The position numbers and the translations under genes are program-made. The notes beneath the pieces are model-generated. The model had not been told where the DNA came from. It ran no database searches and worked only from the letters and a program-made list of their open reading frames with translations. A stretch of 63,960 nucleotides of DNA, filler included, from Olpidium bornovanus S191 (Eukaryota; Fungi; Olpidiomycota): the NCBI GenBank assembly GCA_017911155.1. It is 35 parts of 35 records of this genome, joined end to end, with 100 filler letters (N's around TTAATTAATTAA, not from the genome) between each part and the next. Parts side by side here need not be neighbours in the genome. Positions count along the whole stretch, not along the records: positions 61,435 to 62,846 come from JAEFCI010011622.1; positions 62,947 to 63,960 come from JAEFCI010010781.1; 33 more parts are not named here. The stretch is one strand, 5' to 3'. Below are positions 61,644 through 63,960 of this stretch, piece after piece. The number at the start of each line of letters is the position of its first letter. Within the stretch, counting starts at the first letter, position 1.

Positions 61644-62845
61644 TTACTCAAACACAACTGTCTTGTTTCCGTACTTGAGAACTCGCCGTTCTACGCACAG
61701 CCTGGAAAACCGAGGAAGGTCAGGTGGTGAAAACGCCGACGAAGGAGCGCGGGATTGCAACCCCGCGACCGCAAACTGACCTGACAGCCCTCGCCAGGAC
61801 AACTCTCTCGAGGTCTTTTCCTTTGCGAACAAGGTCTGCGACATTTTCCCGGTGGCTGATCCGGACGACATCCTGTTCAATAATGGGGCCGGCGTCTAGC
61901 TCGGCGGTGACGAAGTGGGCCGTAGCTCCAATAATTTTTACACCACGTTTGTGGGCCTGGTGGTATGGCTAACATGGTCGGAAAAAAAGGTGAGAGGCAC
62001 GGCGGCATGTTAAATGCGGTTTCCGTCCTGCGGCTGGCAGCAGGTTTTCCAATGTTGGGCCCGGGAGCACGCGGACAACGCCGGAAAAAAGAACCAGGAC
62101 GCGCCCTTTTCACCTTGGCGCCGACGAACGCGGGGAGAAAGCTGTGATGGATGTTGACGATGTTGCCCTCGCCGAACTTCTGGACAAAATCGTCGGAAAG
62201 GATCTGCATGTACTTGGCCAGCACCACGATGTCAACTTCCTCCTCCTTCAAAATTCGCAGCTGCTCCGCTTCCACGCGGGACTTCTCCTCTGCCTTGCAC
62301 TTCGTGGGGTCCGTCTTCACAGTCCGGAAGGGTATGCCGTATGCTTCGACACGCTCCCTGAGATCCTCGTGGTTGCTCAGGACCAACACAACCTCTGCCC
62401 GGCCGAGGTCGTCATTTCGGAGGCGGTTCAACAAGTCGAGAACACAGTGGTCCTGTTTGGAACACCAGATGGCGATGCGCTGGACCTTGTCGCTGAAATG
62501 CAGGGACCACTGCCCGCCGTACGGCGCGCAAAGGAGCTCCACCTGGCGGAGGATGTCATCGCGGCTGGCCACGCTGAAATCGGCCAGAGACCATTCGACC
62601 CTGCCCAGGAAGAGGTTCGCCGTTGCGTCGATGTGGAAGTCGCTGTCTACGATGTTGCCGCCGTGCTTCGAGATGAAGCCGGTTACCGACGCGACGATGC
62701 CGCGCGCGTCAGGGCAGACTAGCAAGAAGACGGCAGTCGTGTTCGGCCTCATCGCAGGTTGAAAGCGTCCTCGCACGGGTGGAGCAGGTCGCCGGGAAGT
62801 GGATGCGACGGGGAGGATTGTGCTCGGCCTTGGGGAATGAGCCAT
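61644..62845 (-). CDS. purU: Formyltetrahydrofolate deformylase with 2 GT-AG introns (62113-61969, 61780-61702)
   Basis: ACT domain ([14 protein letters not shown]), [35 protein letters not shown]|[34 protein letters not shown]...[13 protein letters not shown]. Confidence 0.97.
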
Positions 62846-62953
62846 GNNNNNNNNNNNNNNNNNNNNNNNNNNNNNNNNNNNNNNNNNNNNTTAATTAATT
62901 AANNNNNNNNNNNNNNNNNNNNNNNNNNNNNNNNNNNNNNNNNNNNCGGCGGG

Positions 62954-63039
<86 letters not shown>

Positions 63040-63340
63040 GCTGACGAGAAAAAAATGGGGGTTCCAGGGGAAGATAGAGCATTCGCCCGGCCGATTTTTA
63101 CCCCTAAACACCTCTCTATAAAACCGTGTGAATCGCCCAGGACTCTTAAAAAAAAATCACGGCCAGGTGAAATTTCGGGGCAAGGGGGAGGGACGGGTCG
63201 GTTTCGCGCGAGGGTCCCCACGGTTCCGGTCATTTTCCCCGAACCGCTGTTTGGTTGAAGGGGGGAGGGGATAGATATACATCCACGACATTCCAGCAAT
63301 CGCTGTATAGCAGAACGTGGCGGGCGTTTGATTCCCCCGC

Positions 63341-63766
63341 GGCTTACATCTCCTCCAGTCGGTTTTGGCCGTTGCGAGAGCTTTTCTCGAGAAAAATACC
63401 TCCCACGGGCCAAAGTTGCCTGGATTAGCAAAACAATAAACTTTCATCGTCAAATCCACTCGGTTTTCCCTCGTTTTGTGACACATTTCAGGCAGCGTTT
63501 CCCACACGGGACCGCTAGCTTTTTGGAGGTTTGTAGATTTTGGTTCAACTTGGTAGGGGTCGCCTTTACTGTCCGGCGGAACATTTGGTAAAACGTTACT
63601 GGCGTTGTGTCTGAGACAATGTCAAAAAAGTTTTTCCACAAACTCTAAAATTTGTCAACAAAACCGGGTGAGCTTCGTTCGATCCAGGCCGCTTTGGCTG
63701 CTACGAGGTAATTTTCCCGAGAAAAACTCTCGGACCGGGCGAAAAACGACTGGAAGACAGTTAGCC
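63341..63766. repeat. Diverged long inverted repeat (foldback or old MITE-like)
   Basis: 63341-63425 aligns at roughly 75% with the reverse complement of 63681-63766; weaker match continues inward. Confidence 0.7.
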
Positions 63767-63960
63767 TTATTTCGCGCACCCCTCCGGCACCGACCACGAA
63801 GCACGATGGGCCTGGTGTCCCCGACAAGCGCACGCACAACATGTTTCCAGCAGTTGGTTTGGGCCTGCTCTGAAAACTCCCGGCGCATTCCGAGTGACCC
63901 GATCCAGTGCTCATATCGCATCTCAGGGCATCCTTCCAGCGAGTCACTCGGTCAGGGGAG

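Noticed and set aside
62144-62762. Plus-strand ORFs of 192 and 203 aa
   Set aside because: Antisense shadows of the GC3-rich purU exon.
60093-62845. GAF sensor and purU forming a bacterial HGT island or operon
   Set aside because: They lie on different contigs separated by a spacer (61335-61434), so adjacency is arbitrary.
61644-62845. purU as bacterial contamination
   Set aside because: Two in-phase GT-AG introns interrupt conserved motifs, and the spliced product restores them.

Overview
This is not a contiguous locus. It is a pseudo-scaffold of 35 short contigs (about 1-5.3 kb), joined by 34 artificial 100-nt spacers (44 N + TTAATTAATTAA + 44 N), so gene order across spacers is meaningless. 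The DNA is GC-rich, intron-rich (GT-AG) and full of homopolymer and dinucleotide tracts, with TTAGGG telomeric repeats. The gene set combines fungal-type genes (Swi4/Mbp1-type ankyrin protein, Clr2, Erg6, URG1-like) with genes usually absent from yeasts (WNK-like, FIBP, DCAF4-like). This points to an early-diverging, possibly zoosporic fungus (inference). Most contigs carry partial housekeeping genes: prefoldin 5, ZIP transporter, ACBP-domain protein, formate/nitrite transporter, cap methyltransferase, Erg6, TBC GAP, Vma16, FIBP, eIF2B-beta, RSL1D1, Hpm1 and PurU. Best leads: (1) a spliced gene with a primase-type Zn finger followed by a Walker A motif, resembling viral origin-binding helicases; (2) an intron-bearing, cyanobacterial-type purU; (3) a bacterial-type GAF-GAF-PAS sensor; (4) a telomere containing a 57-nt non-telomeric insert, followed by a ladder of tandem duplications; (5) a 7-nt microexon in ERG6. 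All family assignments come from motif recognition by eye; no database search was run.
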